A stretch of 64,000 nucleotides of DNA, from the NCBI GenBank assembly GCA_964016885.1, contig OZ024742.1, positions 184,078,001 to 184,142,000 of the forward strand, written 5' to 3'. Within the stretch, counting starts at the first letter, position 1, and the number at the start of each line of letters is the position of its first letter. This DNA comes from Eledone cirrhosa. Taxonomy: Eukaryota. The notes under the pieces were generated by a model. That model worked only from the letters and a program-made list of their open reading frames with translations, searched no databases and was not told the DNA's origin. Shown here in pieces: positions 1 to 11,997 of the stretch. The translations under genes were made by a program, and so were the position numbers.

Positions 1-274
1 AGCGATGTATACATGAATGCATGTATAGTGTATTTGGTAATTTAATTAAAAACATTTTGAAGACGTTGCGCTATCATTTTAAAGTAGTGACTATGTCATT
101 TACTTCTTTTTTCGGCAAAGGAAGGGAGAGAAGCTGACATATTCTGTTTCACACTGTTGGTGTTCCTCAGGACAACGTACTCCCCGACTTCTGCCGAAAA
201 TTATAGAGGCTGGATTCTTAGAGAACACCAGTAATAATCAGGAACTGATTATACAGAACGATTGCCGGTCCAGC

Positions 275-312
<38 letters not shown>

Positions 313-592
313 AATAGAATGAAACGAAATTTCATTTCTCACTCTTAGTACGGCACTTACTTAAATGTAAGTATGTATGTATACGTATACGTACATACAT
401 ATATGTATACAGACGTACAGTAGTATGTATATATATATACATACATGCACACATATATATATGCACGTATCGGTTTACCGAACATTTATTATAATGCTCG
501 GTTTGTTTGTTTGTAAACAAACAAACAGCCCGAATTACGCCGTACAGTGTTTAGGCAACCACGTCACCTTTTTGTTCAACACTGACACAGGA

Positions 593-635
593 ACGATGTA
601 CTAGTTTCAAGCTTATTAGCTATCATCAGCATTGT
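593..635 (-). ncRNA. Minimal type I hammerhead ribozyme (inverted copy)
   Basis: Reverse complement reads ACAATG-CTGATGA-TAGCTAATAAGCTT-GAAA-CTAG-TA-CATCGT; one stem I mismatch. Confidence 0.8.
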
Positions 636-745
636 ATACCTTCCTGCCAGATGGTTGAACAATATGCAAATTAGGCTGCTCAGCCGTTAATAATAATAAG
701 GAAAGTATATACTTTCAGACGATCAACCATCTGGCAGGAAAGTAT

Positions 746-788
746 ACGATGCTGATGATAGCTAATAAGCTTGAAACTAGTACATCGT
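746..788 (+). ncRNA. Minimal type I hammerhead ribozyme
   Basis: ACGATG-CTGATGA-T-AGCT-AATA-AGCT-T-GAAA-CTAG-TA-CATCGT: 6-bp stem I, canonical core, palindromic ACTAGT stem III, GUA cleavage triplet. Confidence 0.85.
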
Positions 789-1005
789 TCCTGTGTCAGT
801 GTTGAACAAAAAGGTGACGTGGTTGCCTAAACACTGTACTGCGTAATTCGGGCTGTTTGTTTACAAACAAACAAACCGAGCATTATAATAAATGTTCGGT
901 AAACCGATACGTGCATGTATATATGTGTGCATGTATGTATATATATACATACTACTGTACGTCTGTATACATATATGTATGTACGTATACATACATACAT
1001 ACTTA

Positions 1006-1049
<44 letters not shown>

Positions 1050-1101
1050 AGTATGTATGTATGTATACATACATACATATATGTATACAGACGTACAGTA
1101 G

Positions 1102-1135
<34 letters not shown>

Positions 1136-1136
<1 letters not shown>

Positions 1137-1883
1137 GTGTCCCAACGACTTTCTTTAGCCGTTGCTCGCACCAACCGGAGGTATATGGTCTTTAAAGCGA
1201 TGAAATACCAATGAAGGTTGGAAGATCACTGATGAAGGACTAACTTTATTCATGTGTAACCCATTTGCAACCACGCTGCACGTTTGTTTTCAAATTCACA
1301 CATATTTTCCCCCGCTGTGACCCGTCTATTTCGTTCTTACTGCTTCCTCTTTCTCTGTATCTTTACCCTTTCTAACAGTCACTCTCTCTGTTAGCCTCTT
1401 CCTCACCCTTCACTCACTCACTCTCTGCTACTACCTTTCCTACTTCCTCCCGTTTGACCTGTGCGTAATTCTTTTCTCGCGCACGCTTGACCAGGCTGGT
1501 TGTTCCTTTTTTCTCTCTTGTCTACGATTTCACAGAACCTATGTTCACCGAATTCAGGGACTAGACTCCTTCTTCCTCCCGTTTGACCTGTGCGGAATTC
1601 CTTCCTTGCTCACATTTCGACTAGGTTTGATGGTCTTTATTCTCTCTCGTTCACGATTTCACCGAACTTATATTCATGGAAATCTGGGACTTGACTCTTT
1701 CTTCCTCATTTTTCGTTGCTTTACCATCTTTGTTTGTTTACAATCTCGCTCGTTCCCTTTATTTACGTGTCCCAACGACTTTCTTTAGCGGTGGCTCGCA
1801 CCAACCGGAGGTATATGGTCTTTAAATCGACGAAATACCAATGAAGGTTGGAAGATCACTGATGAAGGACTAACTTTATTCAT
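1136..1883. mobile_element. Non-coding element with 118-bp terminal direct repeats (PLE-like partial tandem)
   Basis: 1136-1253 and 1766-1883 are near-identical. Internal ~130-bp tandem unit (cttcctcccgtttgacctgtgcg at 1443 and 1573). Flanked by (TA)n. Confidence 0.6.
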
Positions 1884-2149
1884 ATATATATATATATATA
1901 TATAACGAAGGAATTATGGTAAGGAACCAGATGGACCATAACGCACCAGAGTACTCAATACTTAGGGTAGTAGAGTGGGAAATAGGAAAAAAGGAGAGAA
2001 CTCGTCCATGGATCTCGGGAATTTTACCCGCCCTAGAAAAAAAAAAGAATAGAATATATATAGGAAAAAGTATGACCTTGACAGCAGAGCTCAAGCCGTT
2101 TCGACGGCTATTTCTGGACTAGTATATATATATATATATATATATATAT

Positions 2150-3651
2150 TCTATTCTTTTTTTTTTCTAGGGCGGGTAAAATTCCCGTGATCCATGGACG
2201 AGTTCTCTCCAGCGGTCTCTGTCCCTCATTATCGCTGCCATGTCCTGCGTCTCCAACAGACCAGTTTCTGTCCTTAGGGCATCAACATACGTTAACCTTG
2301 GTCTTCCTCTTCGAGTGTGTCCGTGTAGGGGCTCGCACATGAGCACTGAGTGCAATGTCAACTCTGGATGTCGGTGAGCATGTCCAGCTAAGCTCAGTCT
2401 CCTCTGTGTCACTTTTGATCTGTCTTATGGGAGGCTCCCATACAGCTCTGAGTTTTTCATCCTCAGTGTATACTGATTAATGTTCAGAGCCATCCTCAGC
2501 ATTCTCGTGTAGCACCCATCCACCATCTGAGTGAGTTTCTTGGTCAGCGTCCAAGTCTCAGACCCGTACAACAGCACAGACTCCACTACAGCAATGAAGA
2601 GGCGGATTTTCAGTTCTTTACGAAGGTCCAACTTCCACACCGATCTCAAGCTGTGGCACGCCGCCCAGGCTTTGCTCCTCCTCTCAACCACATCATCTTC
2701 CGTATTCCCAATCTTTGCTCCCAAATACAGGAAGTCCTCAACCAATTCTAGTGGTTTCCCACCTACATTAGTGATCCATTCTGGCTTCTCAACATTCTCT
2801 ACCAGATATTTTGTTTTAGTCTCATTCATTCTCAGCCCGACACTCATCAACACAGTTTCAACCTCCTGCATCAAATCCCTGCCTCCTTCACTGTATTTGT
2901 CACCAAAACTATGTCGTCGGCAAATTCAGCATCCGATATCTTTTTCGCCTTAACTCTCCTGCTCTGAGTCCTGGTGTTTCTCCAGTGCAAGGCGCATACA
3001 ATAGTCCACTACGATGATAAAAAGGTAGGGAGCCAATGTATCTCCCTGGAGCACTCCAGCCAGTATCTCAAAGAACTCTGTCATCCCATCAGGTGTAATG
3101 ACTTGGGCTTTGGTGTTGGTGTAGAGCAGTGATATCAGGTCCACTCTTTTCTTGGGGATTCCATAAGCCTGTGAGATTTTCATTAGGCAGTGACGGTCCA
3201 CAGAATCAAAGGCCTTCCTAAAGTCAATGAAAACCATGACCGCAGGAAGTCACTTTGCTCTAACTCCCTGTAATATCCTCCTCAGCATCAGGATGTGACT
3301 GGTGGTTGATCTTCCCTCTCTGAAGCCGTTCTGGTTGTCCCTGAGCTTCTTCTCCATCTCAGGCTGGATCCTGTTAAAAATCATCCTGTTGAGGGTGTTT
3401 GAGCGGCTGTTTGAAGAACTGGATATTGAGATAGAGCCCTTCACCAGAGAGGAGCTTCAGAGAGCCAAGAAGAAGATCAAGGAGGGCAAGGCTCATGGAG
3501 AAGATGGAGTGGCATCAGAGGTGATGAAGAGGTATGATTTTGATGATATCATCCTGGGGTTCTGTAACCAGGCACTGGAGAAAGGAGTTGCCCCGAATCA
3601 GTGGAGGATCACTAACATCGTCCCAGTACCAAAGAAGGGAGATCTCTCTAA
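2150..3651 (-). mobile_element. 5'-truncated RTE-clade LINE with 5' inversion, decayed RT
   Basis: Minus-strand fragments QNGFREGRST, DFRKAFDSV, VLQGDTLAPYLF, FADD, FLYLG, LLYGSETWTL, GRPRLTY, ending in an A-tail at ~2150. The upstream RT part (GKAHGEDG...IVPVPKKGDLS) is on the plus strand at 3398-3651. Confidence 0.85.
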
Positions 3652-3690
3652 CATATATATATATATTATTATGTATGTATATATATATAT

Positions 3691-4196
3691 AAACTTTTTC
3701 TTATTTGCTAAACCTTGATTATATATGTTCTGGCTCGTTAATTTATTAACCTGCCATTGAACCACATTGGCATATGGTAGGATAATACATGTGTCCCTAT
3801 ACGTTTTTTTGCATGTAGGAATATATACTTTATTATTATTAATCTGCCCCTGGTCGAGATAAAACTTGGTCGTTTTGACTACTGCTATTTATAGTGGTAG
3901 TAGATTCACCTCCCTGCCTCTGCCTTTTATCGGCACTGGACAGAATTGCTTCCACATCATTCATTCTCATCTCGGGAACAATTTTGAATAGCGCCAATTC
4001 GCAATTCGAACTCGGGAATTTTATATTCTCCGAGTGAAAAGAACCTTCTGACGAGAGTTTATCTTTTCAATGGAGGCCCGCAAGGACTATCCATTTATTT
4101 TTGAGACTCGAAACCGTTTCGATAAAGGTAACCATAGTAAGTACAGTGAATTTTTTGAAATTTATTTTGAAACTTTTTCTTATTTGCTAAACCTTG

Positions 4197-4205
<9 letters not shown>
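3691..4205 (+). mobile_element. Short non-autonomous PLE/retrozyme-like element with ~35-bp terminal direct repeats
   Basis: aaactttttcttatttgctaaaccttgattatata at 3691 and 4170. Internal hammerhead. Flanked by (TA)n. Confidence 0.65.
4043..4129 (+). ncRNA. Type I hammerhead ribozyme with extended stem II
   Basis: ACCTT-CTGACGA-GAGTTT..(aatgga/tccatt inner stem)..AGACTC-GAAA-CCGTTTCGA-TA-AAGGT; one mismatch at the base of stem III. Confidence 0.75.
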
Positions 4206-4240
<35 letters not shown>

Positions 4241-4258
4241 TATATATATATATATGAT

Positions 4259-4356
<98 letters not shown>

Positions 4357-4659
4357 CCACGAATCGTTAACTGCGCCTCTGAGAGAATATTATACTTTTG
4401 TGATTCCTCGAGAATCCATTTGTGGCACAAAAAAATTTGAAAGAAGCAAAAAACATGTATTATTCTAATCTCCTTACAACAGGAATTGAAAATATTTAGA
4501 CGATCGCATCCGCCATTTTACTTAACTTTGTTTGATACTTATTTTAGCGATCCCTTTTTGAAGAAAATCTAATAGTAAACGTAAACAATGACATACGCAC
4601 ACACATACTATATATATATAAACACTTGGCACTATATATATACAAACACAAACACACAC

Positions 4660-4707
<48 letters not shown>

Positions 4708-4739
4708 CACACACATATATATATATATATATAAATACA

Positions 4740-4800
<61 letters not shown>

Positions 4801-4853
4801 ATATATACATATAGATATATATCCATATATATATATAAATATATATATCTGTG

Positions 4854-4885
<32 letters not shown>

Positions 4886-4886
4886 C

Positions 4887-4937
<51 letters not shown>

Positions 4938-4977
4938 AAAGAACACAAGAGCGTCTACAACATCAAAAGATTTTTAT

Positions 4978-5026
4978 TGGCTTACAATGTTTCTTCCTTA
5001 CGTAACCGTAGGCTTCGTCAGAGCTA
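4978..5026 (-). ncRNA. Type I hammerhead ribozyme (somewhat degenerate)
   Basis: Reverse complement: TAGCT-CTGACGA-AG-CCTACG-GTTA-CGTAAGG-AA-GAAA-CATTG-TA-AGCCA, overlapping a following AATAAA. Confidence 0.65.
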
Positions 5027-5123
5027 TAAAAGGGGTTTGATTGGTGTTATGGACTCTACCAACCAAACATTCAAGAACAAAGAGTAAAGAGAGTAAAGAG
5101 CAAACTAACTCCTATTAACCTAA

Positions 5124-5186
<63 letters not shown>

Positions 5187-5190
5187 CATG

Positions 5191-5244
<54 letters not shown>

Positions 5245-5276
5245 TATATATATTTTTATATATATATGTATATATA

Positions 5277-5351
<75 letters not shown>

Positions 5352-5399
5352 GCATACACATATATACATATATACATACACATATACATATATATACAC

Positions 5400-5547
<148 letters not shown>

Positions 5548-5696
5548 GTGAGGGTTTTTTTACAAAATGAAAAATAACCGAGGTGTCCTACATGAGTGAA
5601 AGTATAAAGAAAAAGAGATGAAATCGAAAATGCAACTGGAGGGTCTGTGGTTTTTCTCACATGTGAGAAAAACCACAGACCCTCCATCTCAACTCA

Positions 5697-5734
5697 CCTT
5701 TTGAAAAGCAGAAGAACTGCGAAACCGGTAAAGG
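5697..5734 (+). ncRNA. Minimal hammerhead, U3:A8 core variant
   Basis: CCTT-TTGAAAA-GCAG-AAGAA-CTGC-GAAA-CCGG-TA-AAGG; palindromic ACCGGT stem III. Confidence 0.7.
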
Positions 5735-5969
5735 AACCAAATAAATATATATATTTTAAAAAAAAATAAGACTCCAGTTGCATTTTCGATTTCATCTCTT
5801 TTTCTTTATATATATATATATATTAGAAAGTGAGGCGGTTATGGGGTTTGTTTTTTTTACAAAATGAAAAAAAAAAGAGATGTCCTACACGAGTGAAAGT
5901 ATAAGGAAAAAAGATGAAATCGAAAATGCAACTGGAGTCTTTTTTTAAAATATTTATATTTATTTGGTT

Positions 5970-6007
5970 CCTTTACACGTTTCGCAGTTCTTGTGCTTTT
6001 CAAAAGT
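5970..6007 (-). ncRNA. Minimal hammerhead, U3:A8 core variant (second copy)
   Basis: Reverse complement: ACTT-TTGAAAA-GCAC-AAGAA-CTGC-GAAA-CGTG-TA-AAGG. Confidence 0.6.
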
Positions 6008-6078
6008 AGAGTTGAGATGGAGGGTTTGTGGTTTTTCTCGCATATATATATATATATATATACACACATGTATTCCTA

Positions 6079-6149
<71 letters not shown>

Positions 6150-6151
<2 letters not shown>

Positions 6152-6930
6152 GTATTCCCATAAAAGCCCTAATTAGTAAAACGTATCCGTTTCAAAGAAC
6201 CCCCTACACTGATAGGAAATGTATAGTCTGTCAGTTAAGCCCACGAACTAACTGCATAACTAGAACGTAGTATATAACATAAGATGTACTGAGAGGACAC
6301 AGTATACATAGGTGAAATAGCCAATAGCATAGAAGAAAGGGTAAATTAACACTGGAAAGAACTCCAAGAGAGAGAAAACTCATCAGTACTCCACCAACAT
6401 GCCAAAATAGAACATAGGAGCAGATTAGAGAATATAGATATAAAAATTATATCCACTCAGAGAAAAGACGCAATGCTCTGACAAATTACATAGGCGATAA
6501 ACATAAACGAGTCCAACTAAAATTAAACAGAAAAAAAGGAGTGAATAGCAACATCACAACTAGTAATTAAAGACAAAATGAAGACATACAGAGAAACACA
6601 CAAACCAAACTAATAAAACAAATCAGACCGATAGATAGAACAAACAACCAACTAGTGACAAGTAAATACATATATAAATAAATAAAGAGCCCCCTCCCCC
6701 TCCACCCGGGTGTAAAGCATACGTAAACCAAACACACAGCACACAACACACAAAAACAAAATGGTGTAGGACAGAACAAAGGAGAGAAACAAAATAAGAA
6801 ACCAGTCGCTGAGGAGACAAAGAATGTGTGACGAAAGAGTTTTGACAATATATAAACAACCATCCGGTTCCTGAACCAACCAACCGGAAATTTATAATTG
6901 GTGAAAACCAACAGGTGCATGTGTTTTTTA
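6150..6930 (+). mobile_element. Decayed 3' fragment of PLE family B (GIY-YIG + pLTR)
   Basis: LISKTYPFQR..C..C..NC, YIGE and downstream sequence align by eye to 58520-59310. Degenerate HHR at 6805-6846 (GTCG-CTGAGGA-...-GAAA-GAGT-TT-TGAC). Confidence 0.75.
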
Positions 6931-7311
6931 TCGGCACCATGACCGAGACAGAATCAGAGTATACGAAGGAGCCACGGAGAAGTATAAGACCCTCATAGAA
7001 CTGGACATGAAAGGAATTTGCCCATTATACAGGAGCAAATCATGGAATAGCTTAGATAGGGCTAGACATAAGATAGAGAAAGCCACCTCATGGTACGACA
7101 ACCAGAGATACCAGATTGTCATGTTTGTGGACGCTACCCCTGGAGGGAAATTAGCTAACCAGTGTAGAAAGGCCCTGAGAAAGACCCATTTAAAGATTAA
7201 GCTGGTAGAAAAGCCAGGAACCACCATAAAATCCCTGATCAGCAAAACCTGCCCTTTTAAAAAAACCCACTGTACTAATAGGAAATGTATTATATGTAAG
7301 GTAAACCCCGG

Positions 7312-7674
7312 ATGAACTGTAAAGCTAGAAACGTAGTCTATAGCATAAGATGTACAGAAGGTACTTGCAGAAACATGACAACAACATACATAGGCGAGAC
7401 AGCTCGTAGCATAGGTGAAAGGATAGACCAACACTGGGGGGAACTAAAAGAACGAAAAAACGGTTCAGTACTATACGAACACGCCAGACAACAACACGAC
7501 GGTAACATAGACAACATAGAAGTTAGAATAATATCTATACATAAAAATGATCCAGCAGATAGGCAAATCAGAGAGGCCAGTGAAATAGAACTTAGAAGGC
7601 CAAGGCTAAACAGAAAAAATGAATGGAATAACAACAACACCCAAACAAACAACACTGACCTAAGAAAAGTATAA
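7312..7674 (+). pseudogene. GIY-YIG endonuclease domain of PLE
   Basis: NVVYSIRC...YIGETARSIGERIDQH; frameshifted relative to the upstream RT fragment. Confidence 0.85.
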
Positions 7675-7942
7675 ATAAATAAATAAATAGATAAATAAAT
7701 AAATACATACACAAGCACAATAACAACAAACATATAAACACACACTAGTAAAGATAGAATACATTAACCAATACACAGTCACCCAATCACGAACACACAT
7801 CAAACAAAACACTATACACACACGCAATCGCATGCGCAAAGAAGACAAAAAAATAAATAAATAAATAAACAAATAAATAAATATATAAACAGACTAAATA
7901 AAGATGGCGTAGAAAATACAATGCAACGGGAGGAAACAATAG

Positions 7943-7986
7943 CACCACTGACGATGTTGCAGATGTGCAACGAAAGAACTTTGATA
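7943..7986 (+). ncRNA. Minimal hammerhead in PLE-A pLTR
   Basis: CACCA-CTGACGA-T-GTTGCA-GATG-TGCAAC-GAAA-GAAC-TT-TGATA; weak stem I; extra T after the core. Confidence 0.65.
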
Positions 7987-8344
7987 AACTATATATATGT
8001 GTTTGTGTCTATATTGTATCTGTGTTTTTGACCGTTGGTCAGTCAATGGCAACATTGAGGACCGAATAAATTAAATTACCGATATAAAAGACACAGAAGC
8101 GAAAAGCGAAAACCAACCAAACAGTGAGTGTGTTCTGTTATTAATTCTGGCAATATTACACAAATATGACCCTCCCCAAGTATAACTATATATATATATA
8201 TATATCCAGTGTAGTAATGTATATATTAGTTGTGCAGTTAGTAATTAACCATTACTGCATCCAGGATAATCCTAATCATTTCTTGCATAACCTAATAATC
8301 GCCTCCTGCACAGTTGAGCAGCCACACCGACATACGGCAGTAAT

Positions 8345-10511
8345 ATGGAAAGACATCATATAGGTATGTCACTTAAAAACATACCTATACCTAACAAAAG
8401 GGAATACATTCTTGGTATGATACAACGCAATAATGACTTTATTCGGCGTGTACGATGGAAGGCTTTCCATCTCGATAAGGAACACGCCAGTCACACGTCT
8501 GAATCATATGGCTTTAAATCATGTAAAAACCCACCCACAAACCCCTATCTCGATGCTTTCGAACAAGACTTAATGAATAAGACCATGAATATTAAGTTTA
8601 CCAAACATAGAAGTAATGAGCTGCAGAACAACATAAAAGCACTCCTCTGAAGACTGCAAAATACCAGTGGAATTGTTGTGAAAGCTGATAAGACCTCTAA
8701 CGTGTATACCATGGATATCGATACATACAACAGCTTCATACGCAAAGAACTACATAAGAAATATAGAAAAACAAGTGAAACTACGCTAGCAAACATTAAC
8801 AGCGAAGCATACAAGGTGGTGAAGAATCTCAAGATAGACGATAGAACCGAGCCGATTATACCCGCAACCCCCACCTTTAACCTGAAGGACCATAAGGTAA
8901 ATTTTGACTCTAACCCACCCTAAGATTAGACTTATATGTCCTTCTAAATCAGACATAGGAAAAATTAGCAAACATATACTTGACAGAGTAATAACTCAAT
9001 TGAAAAAGAAAATAGAAATTAAATTATGGGGCAACACTAGCGAAGCAATTCGCTGGTTTAATAACGTTAAGAACAAGAATAAGTCTAAGTTTATACAATT
9101 TGACATAGACGAATACTACTCTCCAATCTCACCCAGCACTTTACGGAAGGCCCCATCGTTTGCCAAAGTCAATTCCGACCTAACGGAGGACGAAATTAAT
9201 ATTATTCTAGAGGCTAGGAAAACTATTATCAAGTTTGATAACTGCTACTGGGAACATAAGGACAGACCCACAAACTTCGACATCACCATGGGCTCCAACG
9301 ACTCAGCGGAGGTCACCGATCTTGTGGGAATTTACATAGCCCACATACTACATGGAAAATTTAGTAATATACAGGGGGGAATATATAGAGATGACGCGCT
9401 TTTATTAGTTAATAACTTAAATAACCAAAATCTTGAAAGGCTACGGAAAAACATTAGAAAATCTTTTAGTGAACTGGGTCTAAAAATAACGTACCAATAC
9501 AATCTTAAAGTAGTAAATTTTCTAGACGTAACTCTTAATTTAAATACCAGACTGATACGACCCTTCCAGAAGATAAATGAGAACCTTACCTATATCAATT
9601 TTAACTCAAACCACCCACTTTCCATGATCAAATCGGTTCCCCGTAATATTTCTCTTAGAATCTCTCGCCTATCGTCTAACTCTGAGATTTTCAGTGAACA
9701 TGCTGAATACTATAATAATGCATTAAGGAATGCCGACCACCGGGATACAATTGAATACATTGATAAGAATCTCCATAACACACATAGCTCTACACGAAAT
9801 CAAAGAATACGTAACCGGGATACAGAAATACAAGCGCACACACGCAGTACCACCAGACATACTAATAATAGAAAATCATCACCAAATAAATCACGTTGTA
9901 GAAAGTATATCTGGTATAATCCTATTTTTAATGCTTTGATTAGTACAAAACTATCTCTTTCATTCTTTAAGTTAATCAACAAGCATTTCCCTAGTTCCCA
10001 TAAATACAGTAAGATTCTGAACTCTAAGACTATTAAGCTATCATACTCCACTGCACCAAACCTTGAAGCATACATAAAAAAACTTAACTTAAAGCAATTA
10101 AACAACACTACAAAACAAAATATTTTAATAACCGATGAGCATAACGTAGTATCGGCCTCCCAACCACTAAATGGGAGACGGGTATTACACAACCCACCTG
10201 TACTGTTATCCCAATCTATCCATGGTATACCTGCTACCCACAATAAAAACTGTAACTGCCACCTACCTGAAAGATGTCCATTGAAGAATAAATGCCTAAA
10301 GTCCAACATTGTTTATCAATACACTGTTCAATCGAACGACCAGAAATGGTATTACATCGGGTCTACCACTACCTCCTTTAAATCTCGCTGGTATCGTCAT
10401 CGATTCTCAATTAAACATCCTAATCACCGTTTTGTGACCACGCTACAAGACAATATCTTGCTTATCACTATAAATGGATACTTAAGTGCAATTTGTAGTC
10501 TACAACTATGA
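8345..10511 (+). pseudogene. PLE reverse transcriptase/GIY-YIG polyprotein, disrupted
   Basis: Three ORF pieces joined by an in-frame TGA (8648) and a frameshift (~8915). GIY-YIG C-terminal half missing after ~10445. Confidence 0.85.
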
Positions 10512-10787
10512 ACTCAATGTACACCCATCCCATAGCTTTCGTCTGTCCCCTCTCTATCTCTATTTCTTCCTCTCTCTCTCTCTCTCTCTCGCCCTCGGTC
10601 CACCTCCCTCCCTCTCCACATTTATGAACCTGCCCTCTGTGGCAATAAATAGTTCCAACCTTAACTATCAACGCATCGCTTAAGGTTGTCGCTTTGAGAG
10701 TAACCAGTATAATAAAACCTCTACCACAACATTTTGATTAAGATATCTGTATTCTAAAAACCACTCTCTCCCATTTCTCCAACCCCC

Positions 10788-10848
<61 letters not shown>

Positions 10849-10935
10849 CCCCTCTCCCCTTCTTTCTCTCTTCCTTTTCTACTCTATCGTCCCCAATAAC
10901 TTCCCTTAAGGGTATTTACATTTTACATTTTAACC

Positions 10936-11059
10936 ATTCTGCTCTGAGGAAGCAGTGGTAACAGCATTTGATAATTGAGTTTTGCAAATTATTATAAATT
11001 TGCACATAGCATAACTAGGCTGTATAACCACCGTGGAAATATTTGTAAGCACACGGAAT
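10936..11059 (+). ncRNA. Type I hammerhead with ~85-nt stem II
   Basis: ATTC-TGCT-CTGAGGA-A-GCAGTGGT..ACAGC..(TGCAAATT/AATTTGCA)..GCTGT..ACCACCGT-G-GAAA-TATTTG-TA-AGCA-cacg-GAAT. Confidence 0.7.
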
Positions 11060-11138
11060 AAATTACCTTTTTATGATGTCTACCTGTTATTACTCATTCT
11101 TTATATATATATATATATATATACAGTATATATATATA

Positions 11139-11428
11139 GTGGTGGAACACTGGAAGGTAATATCCGTAGTGGTAGAGCACTCAGTCCATGGGACGAGTTA
11201 GGTAGAAGTGGTTACACAACAGTTAGTTCACCATACCGAGAACAATTGTTTCACGTTAGCAGATCCTCAGCTCGGAATTGGCATGGTTTTAGGAACAGAA
11301 AGGATAAACGTACGAACGCGCATGCGCAGAAACCCGGTCACTTCACACAGGCAATACTAGACTACCTAACTCGTCCCATGGACTGAGTGCTCTACCACTT
11401 CGGATATTACCTTCCAGTGTTCCACCAC
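11139..11428 (-). mobile_element. 290-bp element with 67-bp inverted termini and internal hammerhead
   Basis: 11139-11205 is the reverse complement of 11362-11428 (1 mismatch). Sits in (TA)n. Confidence 0.75.
11236..11275 (-). ncRNA. Minimal hammerhead (weak stem II)
   Basis: Reverse complement: CCGAG-CTGAGGA-TCTGCTAACGT-GAAA-CAATTG-TT-CTCGG; palindromic ACAATTGT. Confidence 0.7.
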
Positions 11429-11997
11429 TATATATATATACGTTCGTATGTGTGCGGGTACTGGCGTTGCGTGCGTTCTGTATGTGTGTGCGTGTTTTTT
11501 TGTGTACGTGCTTGTATTTGCATACCCATGGCGAGTGTTTTCGCATATGCTTGTGTATGTACGTATATGGATGATGCGTGTATGTATATATTTAATTTCA
11601 ATTACCTCTATATTTTATTTATTTTATTCTTAACTCTGTAGCCGAGAATCATTCGGTTTCCTAAATAGAATTTTAGTCTACGACTTCAGTTATACCATTT
11701 ACGTAGTTTTGTCTTTGCGTGTAATTGTTCTCACCGCACCACATAATGACGTATTATTTCCGTTCATTGCCAGAGAACGTCTCCATGAACCACCTAATAG
11801 AATATTAGTCTACGACTTCATTTATACCATAAACGTGGTTTTGTCTTCGCGTGTAATTGTTTTCACTGTACCAAATAATGACGTATTATCTTCGTTTTTT
11901 TTCGTTCTTTGCCAGGGAACGTCTCCACAAACCAAACTATCGTCTTCCTCTCTTCCTTCGGTTGTAACGTTTTTTGAAATATTTACTTCTGCGTTCA

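Larger units (their letters stand above)
369..1110. mobile_element. Fold-back (inverted) PLE pseudo-LTR-like element
   Basis: 369-658 is the reverse complement of 723-~1005 (few mismatches, 64-bp spacer). 1049-1110 repeats 369-430. Each long arm carries a hammerhead motif. Flanked by (TA)n. Confidence 0.75.
6931..8188 (+). mobile_element. 5'-truncated PLE family A (RT thumb, GIY-YIG, pLTR)
   Basis: ORFs 7007-7315 and 7312-7674 (VVYSIRC...YIGETARS..ER..H, REA.EI, LNRKNEW). Homologous to 53000-53590. Ends in the pLTR including ATG ACC CTC CCC AAG TAT. Confidence 0.85.
8206..11100 (+). mobile_element. Near full-length PLE family C (RT + truncated GIY-YIG + pLTR)
   Basis: SLKNIPIP, RWKA, KADKT, RLICPSKS, FDIDEYY, MGSNDSAE, YRDD, FLDV, SNHP, WYNP, CNC..CPL..CL, VYQ..YYIGST. 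HHR and AATAAA near the 3' end. Confidence 0.9.

Noticed and set aside
110-275. Possible host exon
   Set aside because: Reads TVGVPQDNVLP, more like a decayed RT GVPQG motif; no convincing splice context.
8648-8650. In-frame TGA as selenocysteine in the PLE ORF
   Set aside because: Not in a Cys-rich motif, explicable as CGA>TGA decay, and the ORF also has a frameshift; no SECIS identified.
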